A DNA stretch of 20,540 nt, taken from Candidatus Nanohaloarchaea archaeon. GTDB lineage: Archaea; Nanohalarchaeota; Nanosalinia; Nanosalinales; Nanosalinaceae. Shown piece by piece: positions 1 through 8,731 of this stretch; within the stretch, counting starts at the first letter, position 1, and each line of letters opens with the position of its first letter. Location: the NCBI GenBank assembly GCA_042218075.1, contig JBDGRK010000037.1:1-20540 (forward strand), written 5' to 3'. The notes under the pieces were generated by a model that was not told the origin of the DNA, ran no database searches, and saw only the letters and a list, made by a program, of their open reading frames with translations. The translations under genes were made by a program, and so were the position numbers.

Positions 1-289
1 GCTCGTAGAGGTACTCCAGCTTTTCGTGAACCTTTCCCTCCTGGTACTCCTCCTTGATCTGCTCAACAATGTTCAGCCTTCTCTCCAGCTCTTCCTTGTC
101 CATGTGGTTCAGCATCTCCTCGACTTCCTGGACCTCTTCCTCTATCGACAGCGTCTCGAGTTCGGCCATCATGTCCTTGTCTTCGAGGTCGCTGACCCTG
201 TCATCAAGTTCTTCTATGGCATCCTCTATACCCTTGAGTTCCTGCTCCAGTTTCTCCCGGCTAACCTCGGAAGACACACCATCATTCAT
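1..289 (-). CDS. Acidic coiled-coil protein, 5' part only (runs off the left edge)
   Basis: Not in the ORF track; translated by hand from ATG at 289: MNDGVSSEVSREKLEQELKGIEDAIEELDDRVSDLEDKDMMAELE..., open to position 1, heptad-like E/L/K pattern, TATA-like TTTATATT about 25 nt upstream. Confidence 0.8.
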   Translation of the reverse strand, partial: MNDGVSSEVSREKLEQELKGIEDAIEELDDRVSDLEDKDMMAELETLSIEEEVQEVEEMLNHMDKEELERRLNIVEQIKEEYQEGKVHEKLEYLYE

Positions 290-371
290 GGATAATTTTT
301 GATTTAACCTTAATATAAAGCTGGAGGTCGCCTGTCTCTGGAGGTAAGAAGAAAAAATATGTGTAGATTTT

Positions 372-800
372 CTACGATGAAGTCCATTCGGCCGTTGGTG
401 CTCCAGAACAGTTCAGGGGTGTAACTTCAACCTTGGTGATCGATCGGTCTGGATATCCGCTGAAGTAAACCTCAATATCCCTAGAGGAATTGAGGCTATT
501 GTTCTGATCTGTGGTGTTCTGCGTCGGGTCGTGGCTATCGTAGTACCATGTAACCGTCAGGTTGCCCAGTCCAGAGTTTCCTCCAGTCTGCCTTACAGTA
601 GCTTCACTCGTGCTGTTGTCCACTGAGACATCCATAGTTCTGTCATAGCAACGCTGTATATCATCAGCTTTCTGCTGACTGTCTCCCTGGGCGTCCTGTA
701 TAAGCTGTGGAGCCCACTGGGCAAAAATAGAGGCCACGGCCATAGTGAATGCGATCAGAAGTACCGCAGCAATTAATGGCGAGATTCCTTTTTTCTTCAT
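372..800 (-). CDS. Archaeal type IV pilin-like protein (class III signal peptide)
   Basis: MKKKG|ISPLIAAVLLIAFTMAVA: basic leader, G cleavage site and hydrophobic N-terminal helix typical of PibD/FlaK substrates. ATG at 800 preferred over the track's start at 806. Confidence 0.9.
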   Translation of the reverse strand: MKKKGISPLIAAVLLIAFTMAVASIFAQWAPQLIQDAQGDSQQKADDIQRCYDRTMDVSVDNSTSEATVRQTGGNSGLGNLTVTWYYDSHDPTQNTTDQNNSLNSSRDIEVYFSGYPDRSITKVEVTPLNCSGAPTAEWTSS

Positions 801-812
801 ATGCAAAACTAT

Positions 813-1376
813 TCAGAGCCTCCTATTTAAAGATACTCTTAATCCCTGATTTAAATCACTCTCAGCCAGCAAGGCGTACCAGATAGCCAGTACCAGGAAT
901 GTCATTCCCCATCTCCACAATAAGGTGTGGATAAGATCAAAGCTGATTATTTTCTCCTCTGCGAGAATCACGGTCGAAGTTACCCTCACAAAATTCGCCA
1001 CTAGAATCATTAGGGTGCCGAAAAATAGTTTTCTGGTCTTCCGCTTGATTTCAGGTGTAGCAATCACCAGCGCGGAGAAAACCGCAACCGATTTCCATCC
1101 CAGACAGTCCCTCGTTATAATATAGGCTCCTTCCAGACCGAAAACGGTCACACCTCTTGTTTCGAAACTGTATCCCAGAAGATTGAGGAACCATGAACTC
1201 ATATCCGCCAGAATTTCCTGTGGGAAAGTCGTTTCGGGATCAAGGAAAAGGATAAGGTGGAATAAGATTCCCATCGCCAGCAACTTTCCTACAAACTTTG
1301 CCATCTTTACGTTTCTGGGCTGTTTTTCTGTTTCCTCCCTGAACGTTTTCCAGGCCTGCTCTATCTTTTCTCTCAC
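813..1376 (-). CDS. Exosortase/archaeosortase family membrane transpeptidase
   Basis: Multi-TM protein with IITRDCLGWKS (catalytic Cys), NFVR (Arg) and DLIHTLLW (His) in family order. GTG start overlaps the DUF460 stop. Confidence 0.8.
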   Translation of the reverse strand: MREKIEQAWKTFREETEKQPRNVKMAKFVGKLLAMGILFHLILFLDPETTFPQEILADMSSWFLNLLGYSFETRGVTVFGLEGAYIITRDCLGWKSVAVFSALVIATPEIKRKTRKLFFGTLMILVANFVRVTSTVILAEEKIISFDLIHTLLWRWGMTFLVLAIWYALLAESDLNQGLRVSLNRRL

Positions 1377-1795
1377 CGAAAGTACTCCCTCGCAACCTCT
1401 CTCTTCTCAACGCTTTTACGACTCGAGTCCTTCTCTATCTTCCTTATTGTTTTTCTGACCTGCTTGAAAGCATGCAGGGCTGAGGCGTGGGCATCTTTCT
1501 CATGTAAGTTCTCTCCTTCTCCAAGCCTATTCTTCCTGCTCCTGGATAGATCGTTTTCCGGTTCGAATTTTTCCGCTCCTAGTGAAGTCGCAATTTTCTC
1601 CACGTTCGAGGGCATCTCTTCCCTATCACAGGCGATCAGAAGCGGGAATCCTGCATTAATTATCTCCTCTATGATCTCGTGGCGGGAGAATTCCCTCCTG
1701 CTCTCCTGCAGAACTTTTTCCCCTTCAAGGTCGAGTGCGACCACGGCGGAAGTGCTCCCGGGATCCACACCGACTATCAGGGGTTTATCATTCAT
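1373..1795 (-). CDS. DUF460-domain protein (RNase H-like fold, short form)
   Basis: LIVGVDPGSTSAVVALDLEG, G.PLLIACD and HEKDAHASA match the DUF460/COG2433 pattern. Confidence 0.8.
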   Translation of the reverse strand: MNDKPLIVGVDPGSTSAVVALDLEGEKVLQESRREFSRHEIIEEIINAGFPLLIACDREEMPSNVEKIATSLGAEKFEPENDLSRSRKNRLGEGENLHEKDAHASALHAFKQVRKTIRKIEKDSSRKSVEKREVAREYFR

Positions 1796-3929
1796 ACTCT
1801 TTCTCTATCAGAGATCTTATTCTTTCAGCTTTTTTCTCGCCGATACCCCTGACCTCCTTCATTCCTTCCTTAGAAGCGCTGAAAACCTGTTCCACGGATC
1901 CGAATTCTTCCAGAAGTCTCTCAGCTATCTTGGTGTTTACCTCGGGAAGCCCCGCCACGATGAACTCCTGTAGGTCTCTCTCAGTCTTTCCAGTTCGACT
2001 TCCCCTGATCGCTACTTCCTCGTTCTTCTGCTCCTGCTCCCTCCTAGCAAGCGAAACCAATATTTCTGCTGTATCCTCCTCGTCCTCGCTCCAGATTATC
2101 GGTATCTCATGGTCAATAGTGATCGAGGCTATAGCTCCTCTTATCGAGTTGGGATGCATATCTCTCTGTGAGTAGAGCTCTCTTCCCTCTATTATCAGTA
2201 GAGGTTTCCCGAACTGGTGAAGGTCGCTCAGCTGTGAAAAAAGGCGGTTGTCAACTATCGAATCAACAAAGTCGGAGGCTTTTTTTCGCTCCACTGCTGT
2301 CCTTTCAGAGACCAGAAAGTCTGCGACATCAAGCCTATTCTGTCTTACTTCAACTTCTTTCTTCGAAAGCTTTTTTGAGATGGAGGTCTCCCGGTCGTCG
2401 GATATTATTACCAGATCATTCTTATCACTGAAACCTTCCAGTGTCTGCTGTTTTTCGAGATCTCTCGTATCGTTTTTCAGGTCTTCAAGCACCTGGTTCA
2501 TCTTTTTCTTTTTGTTATGTGCGCTCCAGTAGTGGCCCTCATCTCTGGTGTCTTCGGCTATCAGCACGAATACTTTTCCTGCCTCCTGCCTTCCTGTCCT
2601 GCCCGCTCTCTGTATATCTCTTATCTCGGAGGGAACAGGCTCGTAGAAAACTACGTAATCAACTGCTGGGATGTCAAGGCCTTCCTCTCCTATAGAGGTC
2701 GAAACTATCACGTTGAACTTTCCCTGCTCAAACGCTTCAAGTATTTCAGACTGCTTGTTCTGGGTCATTCCTCTCTCCCCCTGCTGGCCCACGAATTTGA
2801 CAGCATTCAGTCCTTCCGTGTTAAGCTCCTCTGCTATCCTTTCAGTAGAATCGCGGTACTCGGTGAAGACTATAGCTTTCTCTCCCTCTTCCATGTCTCC
2901 AAGAATTTCCCTCAGTTTTTCCAGCTTCGGATGTTCCTCTCCTTTTTTCCTCAGGTACTCTACCAGGCTCTTCGCCTCCTGGAAATCCTCGTCCTTCAAT
3001 GCGCGGGATGCAGCCTTGGAATCGTCGTTTTGAAGCCCCTGGATGTACCGGTAGCACTGTGTGACTCCCTGGGTCTCAAGAAGCTCCATGGCCTGGCTTA
3101 TCTTTAATGCTGCAGCAACGCATGATATAGACCGATAGAGTTTTGGATCATCGCTTGAGGAGAGCTTTGAGCTGATCTCCCCCCTCAGCTTCAAGAGCTC
3201 TCCCTTGTGTATATTGCTGGTGGAGTCAAGCTGTCCAGCTTTCTTCACCTGTTCAAGCTGTTTCTGGTACGCGTTTTCAAGCTTCTGCTTCGCCTTCTCG
3301 AACCTGTCGTTGAGTGATACTCTTATCCATTCCACCTCTTTTTCCTCAATATAGGGCTCCACATCCGGATCGTCTTCAGTCCTGACTTCATAATTCTCAA
3401 TCTGCAGGTTTTCTGCTACTTCCTCGATCTTCTCCCTGTCTCCTCCCGGTGAGGCAGTAAGCCCCAGCTTGTGAGTCCTCATTTTCTCGCTTATGAAGAC
3501 GTAGCTATAATCTCCTGTTGCTCTATGGGCTTCATCGAAAATCACCAGCGAGAATTTCCCTGTTGGTATTTCGTCGGATATCAAGTCGTTCTCCACGACC
3601 TGGGGTGTGGCGAAAAAGAATCTTTTTTCCCTCCACAACTCGTATCTTCTCTCTGGCCGGGTCTCACCTGTCATCAGCGCCATGTCGATCTCGGGCACCT
3701 CAAGAAAGTCGTAGAAAGTCTTCAGGTGCTGTTCAGCCAGGGGTTTTGTCGGTGCGAGGAACATTACCTTTCCTTCCTCGGCCTTTCTCGCAGCTACCAT
3801 CGCAGCTATAACTGTTTTGCCCAGTCCGGTTGGAAGCACGACCAGAGTGTTCTTTTCCACTGATTCTGCTGCAATAACTTCCTGGTATGTCCTTGACTCT
3901 ATCTCGCCAGTTTTCAGTAGCTGTGCCAT
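1788..3929 (-). CDS. hef: Hef (FANCM/ERCC4-like) SF2 helicase fused to an ERCC4 nuclease and HhH2
   Basis: LPTGLGKT (motif I), DEAH, TAS, EEGLDIP, QRAGRTGR; then the nuclease motifs DFLV...VERKKASD and C-terminal HhH repeats (GLPEVN, VRGIGEKKA). Confidence 0.95.
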   Translation of the reverse strand: MAQLLKTGEIESRTYQEVIAAESVEKNTLVVLPTGLGKTVIAAMVAARKAEEGKVMFLAPTKPLAEQHLKTFYDFLEVPEIDMALMTGETRPERRYELWREKRFFFATPQVVENDLISDEIPTGKFSLVIFDEAHRATGDYSYVFISEKMRTHKLGLTASPGGDREKIEEVAENLQIENYEVRTEDDPDVEPYIEEKEVEWIRVSLNDRFEKAKQKLENAYQKQLEQVKKAGQLDSTSNIHKGELLKLRGEISSKLSSSDDPKLYRSISCVAAALKISQAMELLETQGVTQCYRYIQGLQNDDSKAASRALKDEDFQEAKSLVEYLRKKGEEHPKLEKLREILGDMEEGEKAIVFTEYRDSTERIAEELNTEGLNAVKFVGQQGERGMTQNKQSEILEAFEQGKFNVIVSTSIGEEGLDIPAVDYVVFYEPVPSEIRDIQRAGRTGRQEAGKVFVLIAEDTRDEGHYWSAHNKKKKMNQVLEDLKNDTRDLEKQQTLEGFSDKNDLVIISDDRETSISKKLSKKEVEVRQNRLDVADFLVSERTAVERKKASDFVDSIVDNRLFSQLSDLHQFGKPLLIIEGRELYSQRDMHPNSIRGAIASITIDHEIPIIWSEDEEDTAEILVSLARREQEQKNEEVAIRGSRTGKTERDLQEFIVAGLPEVNTKIAERLLEEFGSVEQVFSASKEGMKEVRGIGEKKAERIRSLIEKEYE

Positions 3930-3962
3930 AATCTGAAATAGCTCTGAATCTTGATAAACCTG

Positions 3963-4487
3963 TTAGTTCAGATCGAAATCGTCTCTCGCGGGTGTTTCCA
4001 GACCCTTTACCAGCTTGAAGAGGATGTTGACTCCGATAAAGAAGGCTATCGCAGCTTTAGCCGTCGTCCTGTCTAACGGCATACCTGTCTTTATGACTAT
4101 GACAGCAATATAAGCCAGTGAATAGACAATACCTGAGGATGAGACGATGAAAGCTATCGAAGAACTCCACTTGTGGTAGAAATCCATGTAGGCCACGAGA
4201 CCTCCGATACCGATCAAGCTGTAGGAAACATACCTCTCGAGTTCTGAAAGCTCCGTGGTGATCAAGAGAGTGACTCCTGTGGTGGTCCAGATAATTGCGT
4301 TCCCCACCGCGGTATTCCATCCCAGCTCTTCCTGGCTGTGTTTGCCGAAGTAAAGCTCTATCACGATGGCGCCAAGGATCAAAGGCAGCACGGTTGGAAG
4401 AAGTTCGGGTTGCTTCAGGGGTGCGAAAGCAAACTCTTCCAGCCTTGCCTGTAGAGAGGCCTTTCCAAGTTCACTATTCAAATGCAT
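3963..4487 (-). CDS. Uncharacterised integral membrane protein (about 5 TM)
   Basis: Several long hydrophobic segments; the start region overlaps the HerA stop. Start uncertain (ATG 4487 versus the track's 4499). Confidence 0.75.
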   Translation of the reverse strand: MHLNSELGKASLQARLEEFAFAPLKQPELLPTVLPLILGAIVIELYFGKHSQEELGWNTAVGNAIIWTTTGVTLLITTELSELERYVSYSLIGIGGLVAYMDFYHKWSSSIAFIVSSSGIVYSLAYIAVIVIKTGMPLDRTTAKAAIAFFIGVNILFKLVKGLETPARDDFDLN

Positions 4488-7400
4488 CCGGTGTCCCACC
4501 TGCGTGCCAGGACTTTCTGGGCCTCATCTGTATAGGGTAGACGCGCTCCGAATTGTCGTCGAGTATCAAGCCGGTGCCGGTCCTGTCGGGCAGAGCGTCA
4601 ATATAGTGCTGGAGATCGTACCTCATGTAGGTCTGCATTATCTCCCCCAGCGCGTCTATATCCTGCTTCGCTGTAAGCCTGTGCGAGAGAACTATGTCAC
4701 ACTGTGATAGCGCATCAGGGTGCAGTTTTGCGGGTTGCTGAGTCGCTAGAACCAGCGAGACTCCTGGCTCCCTTCCGATCTTGACCCACCTCATCAGTGG
4801 ATCGGAGGCAGGAGTCTTTCCATCAGCAGGAATGAACTCGTGAGCCTCGTCTATCAGCATCCAGGTTATCGGCATCTCATTTTCTGCAATATTCTTCATC
4901 TCATCTATCTCCTCTATCCTCCTTGCGGTCATCCTCCTCCTGAGTATCCTTTTCGCGAGTAGCCCCACGATCAGCGATCTGACCGACCATCCCGAAGACA
5001 TCTCACCGAAAGCGGATACATCAACGATCGAAAGCTCCCCCCTAGATGTAAATTTCTCCAGGGAGGATTCCTCGCCGAAGACCCCCCAGTCCTGGGCGGC
5101 GACGAACCTGTTGACAAGTCCTTCCTCGACCTCTTCCGGGAAATCGAACTTCCTGATCGCCTTTACTATCGATTCGATCGAGTAGTCATCGGTCTCGTCT
5201 TCAAGCTTTGATATAACTCTCTCCAGGAGAATCCCTCTCTCCGAATTTATGTCGATGTTGAAAGCCATAGCCCACTCCTGAGCAGTAAAGTCGGCCGGAT
5301 TCAGTGTAAAAGTATCGTCATAAGGCATTTCCTCCCTTTCGAACTCATCGACCTTTCCCTCCGGTATGTAGACTTTCGCGTCAAAGCTTGCAGGATCCAG
5401 CTCCCATTCGTCCAGCATGTTGGTTGCCCGATCGTTTGGTCTTTTCATTGACCAGTATATCCCCATGGAGTCGATTATTATCGTGGAAAGATTCTCTGCG
5501 ACGTCCGTACTCTGTATCTCCTCCGCTATCGTTCCCATAGAGTAGCTGTTGTGGCACAGAATTCCGCCGAACCCGGCTGTAAATGAGTGATTTTCCTCTA
5601 CTGTCAGGTCGTAGACCCAGCCCTCGTAATCTATCTCTCTTATCGATTCTATCTCGTCCCAGAAAACGTCTGATTCGGAGAGTGATCTTATTTCCTGGAG
5701 TTTCTCTCTCGCACCGCTCATCGAATGTTTCTGCCTGAAGAGCTTCAGTGTGGGTTTCACCAGTTTCTCCGGGTTTTCTCTGTGTTTTTTGTATGATAGA
5801 AATCTCCTGTCACTTCTGGAGTAACCTAGCTCTCTGTTCAGTTCTTTCCACTTTATCCCGGATTCCTCGACCAGTTTTTCGAGTGATTTAAGGTCTTTCT
5901 GTTTTTCGACTCTCTCAATGAGTGATTCGATTTTGTTCAACTGTTCTGACAACCTGGATGCTATATCTTGAAGCTTCTGCCTGCTAGGACTGTATTTTCC
6001 GTCTTCGTAGGCCTTCAGCGACTGCTTGAATTTCGATACCTGTGTCCTGTCAGCGCCCATTTCCTCCCTGCACTTCCGGATCAGGTCGCCGCACGGAACG
6101 GTGTCTATATTCGTGTTTCCCTCTTCTACGGCTTCATCAAGCTTCTCCGCTTTTCTCTCTATCGAAAACCCGATTCTTTCCCTGAAATTCTCCAAGAATT
6201 TGCTGCCTGATACCGTAACCTGGTAATATTCCCTTACTCTCTGTTCTTCTGTATTGGAGGCGTATTTTTCCTTCACGCTGGTCCTGCCAACTATACCGAA
6301 CCTGAGCAGCATGTAGTTGATAGCCTCTGCGATATCTTTGCTGGCGGTGATTAGATCAATCTGCTGTTCCGTGACGTTTGCCTCGCAGTCAAAGTATTTC
6401 TGGAGGAATCTTGCTGCGGTCTGCTCTCCCGCAGTAACTATGAAATCCGGGATTTTCTTGCCGAAAGAGTTCTTATTGGTGGAGTATCCATTTTCCTCGA
6501 AAAATTTCTCCAGGGCTCTGGAATTGTCGTATAGGGTGTCTTTTCCCATCTCTTTTATTTCAAGCTCGAAAAGTTTCTCGCCCAGTTCCTCGAATCTCTC
6601 CAGGACTTCCTCGCTCTTGTTAGTAAACATCAGGCGGTAGTTGTTCTCTGTAATCTTCTGCTCGTGACCTTCAGCTATGAGGTAGGCGAAAAACTCTCCA
6701 AGTTCGGGACTGACTTTTTCCGGAAGTTTGATGGGCCTGGCCTTGCCGTACCTGTAGTATTCGCCTTCTTTCCTGGTTTCAAGCTCTTTTTTTCCTTTTT
6801 CCGTGATCCTGACATTTCCATCACTGAGGTCGATCAGATTCTTTGAATCCGCCTTACTCACCATCCTACTGTAGGAGCCTGTACCATCCGATATATCACT
6901 GATTTCAGCATTTCCTTCCCCCAGCATCTCTGATTCTCTCCTGTTCAGGCAAGAGTAATCTGCTTTTTCAAACTCTTCCGGTATTTCAAGTTCTCCATCC
7001 TCGAAATTTAGTTCAATCCTACGCGGAATACCGATCCTCTCTCCCTCTGCCAGTTCAGCTGAGTTTTTCCATCCATTTAGCGTCAGTAGAGGATGCTCTC
7101 TGGTAACAGTTATCTCTCTTCCTGATCTAGTTTTGATTCTCAGGAGCTTTTCATCCACTTTTTTGGAATAGGCTGCCTTAATTTGGTTTTCCTGAATTGA
7201 AAATTTTTCCCCAACTGACTGAACGCTTTTTCCCTCAAATCTGTATAGTTGTTCGTCTTTTTCCGCTATTTCAGCTTCACCTTCTCTCACAGATTGATTG
7301 TAGAGTTCCACCACGGGTTTCAATCCTTCAGGTGTTAACACTTTCTCATCCGGTAGCAGGCACTTCCCCGTTCCTCGTTTCCCAAAGATTCCCATGACGT

Positions 7401-7545
7401 GGGGTCTGGCAAGGTCGAAGTAGATCGGGTTGGCCTTGTGTGCCTCCTCGTTCTCCCCGACAAGGTGCTTGCCTATTACTCCTGTTCCTTCAAGACCGTG
7501 TTCCTTCCTGTCCTCCTGGTCTCTTCCCACGCTTATCTTCGGCAT
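4474..7545 (-). CDS. HerA/FtsK-superfamily (DUF87) ATPase precursor containing an intein; spliced product about 418 aa
   Basis: PHVMGIFGKRGTGK/S Walker A (after splicing), IIIDSMG, MLIDEAHEF Walker B, KIGREPG arginine finger, LVLATQQP sensor. Confidence 0.92.
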   Translation of the reverse strand: MPKISVGRDQEDRKEHGLEGTGVIGKHLVGENEEAHKANPIYFDLARPHVMGIFGKRGTGKCLLPDEKVLTPEGLKPVVELYNQSVREGEAEIAEKDEQLYRFEGKSVQSVGEKFSIQENQIKAAYSKKVDEKLLRIKTRSGREITVTREHPLLTLNGWKNSAELAEGERIGIPRRIELNFEDGELEIPEEFEKADYSCLNRRESEMLGEGNAEISDISDGTGSYSRMVSKADSKNLIDLSDGNVRITEKGKKELETRKEGEYYRYGKARPIKLPEKVSPELGEFFAYLIAEGHEQKITENNYRLMFTNKSEEVLERFEELGEKLFELEIKEMGKDTLYDNSRALEKFFEENGYSTNKNSFGKKIPDFIVTAGEQTAARFLQKYFDCEANVTEQQIDLITASKDIAEAINYMLLRFGIVGRTSVKEKYASNTEEQRVREYYQVTVSGSKFLENFRERIGFSIERKAEKLDEAVEEGNTNIDTVPCGDLIRKCREEMGADRTQVSKFKQSLKAYEDGKYSPSRQKLQDIASRLSEQLNKIESLIERVEKQKDLKSLEKLVEESGIKWKELNRELGYSRSDRRFLSYKKHRENPEKLVKPTLKLFRQKHSMSGAREKLQEIRSLSESDVFWDEIESIREIDYEGWVYDLTVEENHSFTAGFGGILCHNSYSMGTIAEEIQSTDVAENLSTIIIDSMGIYWSMKRPNDRATNMLDEWELDPASFDAKVYIPEGKVDEFEREEMPYDDTFTLNPADFTAQEWAMAFNIDINSERGILLERVISKLEDETDDYSIESIVKAIRKFDFPEEVEEGLVNRFVAAQDWGVFGEESSLEKFTSRGELSIVDVSAFGEMSSGWSVRSLIVGLLAKRILRRRMTARRIEEIDEMKNIAENEMPITWMLIDEAHEFIPADGKTPASDPLMRWVKIGREPGVSLVLATQQPAKLHPDALSQCDIVLSHRLTAKQDIDALGEIMQTYMRYDLQHYIDALPDRTGTGLILDDNSERVYPIQMRPRKSWHAGGTPDAFE
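5548..7362 (-). mobile_element. Class 1 intein (605 aa) with LAGLIDADG homing endonuclease, inserted in the Walker A motif
   Basis: N-terminal Cys62 (CLLPDEKV), block B TREHP, endonuclease blocks FFAYLIAEG, KIPDFI, FLQKYFDCEA and LLRFGI, block F VYDLTVEENHSF, block G ILCHN followed by Ser+1. Removal restores GKRGTGKSYSMG. Confidence 0.95.
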
Positions 7546-7576
7546 AGGTTCGAATTCTCATGGCTGAATATAAAAA

Positions 7577-8179
7577 TCAGACCAGGATCATCAGTATCGA
7601 AATCCCGGCGAATATGAGCCATAGGAAGCCACTCCATCTTATTAGGATAGAACCATCGAGCGGTCCGGTGGGTATATTGGAGTAGTCGAACGGCAGCAGC
7701 TGGTAGAAAGCGAAGAGAGATACAATATTCGCACCGCGTTCAATCCCGAGGCTGTGGAATATACCCCAGAGTCCGAACATCGCAAGAATTCCAAATGAGA
7801 CAATCCATGACTGTCTCTTAACCCACATCGCATCAATTGACTTTTCCCAGTGCTCGTAGCTTTCCACATCGTGTTCGTTGTAAATTGGGAAAAGAAGAAG
7901 CACTGGAAGACCTGAGAGAAAGGTTCCCATGGCACCGAAAGCTGTCATCGCGCTCCCCTCTATCGAGAGTTCAAGTTTTGACTCAGCGACCATCCACCTG
8001 GCTATGATCCTCTGGCCGATCTCCCTTGCCAGAAGTGTGAGGCCGGAAAACACCGCCAGTTTCAAAGCCGGGATCAGGCTATAAGCACTGTAGAAGGCTA
8101 TGAATGATGCAGATAAGAGTAGGGTGGCGGCAGCAAAATTGTTCAGTTCGTCTATAGAGGGTTTCAGAGGTTCCGCCAT
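7577..8179 (-). CDS. Site-2 protease (M50)-like membrane protein, probably non-catalytic
   Basis: M50 layout with REIGQ at the HExxH position in a TM helix and a C-terminal QLLP...PLDG corresponding to NLLP..PLDG. Confidence 0.7.
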   Translation of the reverse strand: MAEPLKPSIDELNNFAAATLLLSASFIAFYSAYSLIPALKLAVFSGLTLLAREIGQRIIARWMVAESKLELSIEGSAMTAFGAMGTFLSGLPVLLLFPIYNEHDVESYEHWEKSIDAMWVKRQSWIVSFGILAMFGLWGIFHSLGIERGANIVSLFAFYQLLPFDYSNIPTGPLDGSILIRWSGFLWLIFAGISILMILV

Positions 8180-8216
8180 TAGGTGAAGATTTCGGCTGAA
8201 GCTCTTTAAATCTGGC

Positions 8217-8696
8217 TCATATCTCCATCCTCTGGCATATCTCCGCTATCGAATATCTCTCTGAATCCCGCAGTATCTCCGGGTAATCATCGAATTCTTC
8301 TATGTGGATTCCTGGTTCGTTTCTTCTGTAGCTTTCTCTGATGACTTTCCAGGGAACAAGGTATGCCTTCCTGGATTTTCCCCTGCCTCTCTTGAGCTCT
8401 ACTGCAAGAAATCCCCTTCTCCCCGACCTGTCAAGAAAGTCTGAGATCCTCTCCACCTGGTGGCCTTTTTCAGACTCCGAGAAGTGCTGTGAGAAGTACA
8501 GTTTGTTGGTGCTTGAGGTCTTGACGCTCTTGTTCTCTATCGCAAGGTAGAACATCTCGTGGGGCGAGTCCACGAGGACGTCACATAGCTGCGAGGAGAA
8601 CCGGTGCTGCTTCTTCCTGTGGGCGATTCCGTCTATATCTTCTTCCTCAAAGAAGTCATTGAAGGCATTCACCAGCTGGCGTTCGAAGTCTGTCAC
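8217..8696 (-). CDS. PD-(D/E)xK nuclease, Holliday-junction resolvase (Hjc/RecU)-like
   Basis: FERQLV (helix-1 Glu), CDVLVD, LAIENKS (ExK), HQVERI and GFLAVEL in a 159-aa protein; GTG start. Confidence 0.7.
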   Translation of the reverse strand: MTDFERQLVNAFNDFFEEEDIDGIAHRKKQHRFSSQLCDVLVDSPHEMFYLAIENKSVKTSSTNKLYFSQHFSESEKGHQVERISDFLDRSGRRGFLAVELKRGRGKSRKAYLVPWKVIRESYRRNEPGIHIEEFDDYPEILRDSERYSIAEICQRMEI

Positions 8697-8731
8697 ATCC
8701 AGAGATTCTGGCTACAGATTAAATAATCTAA

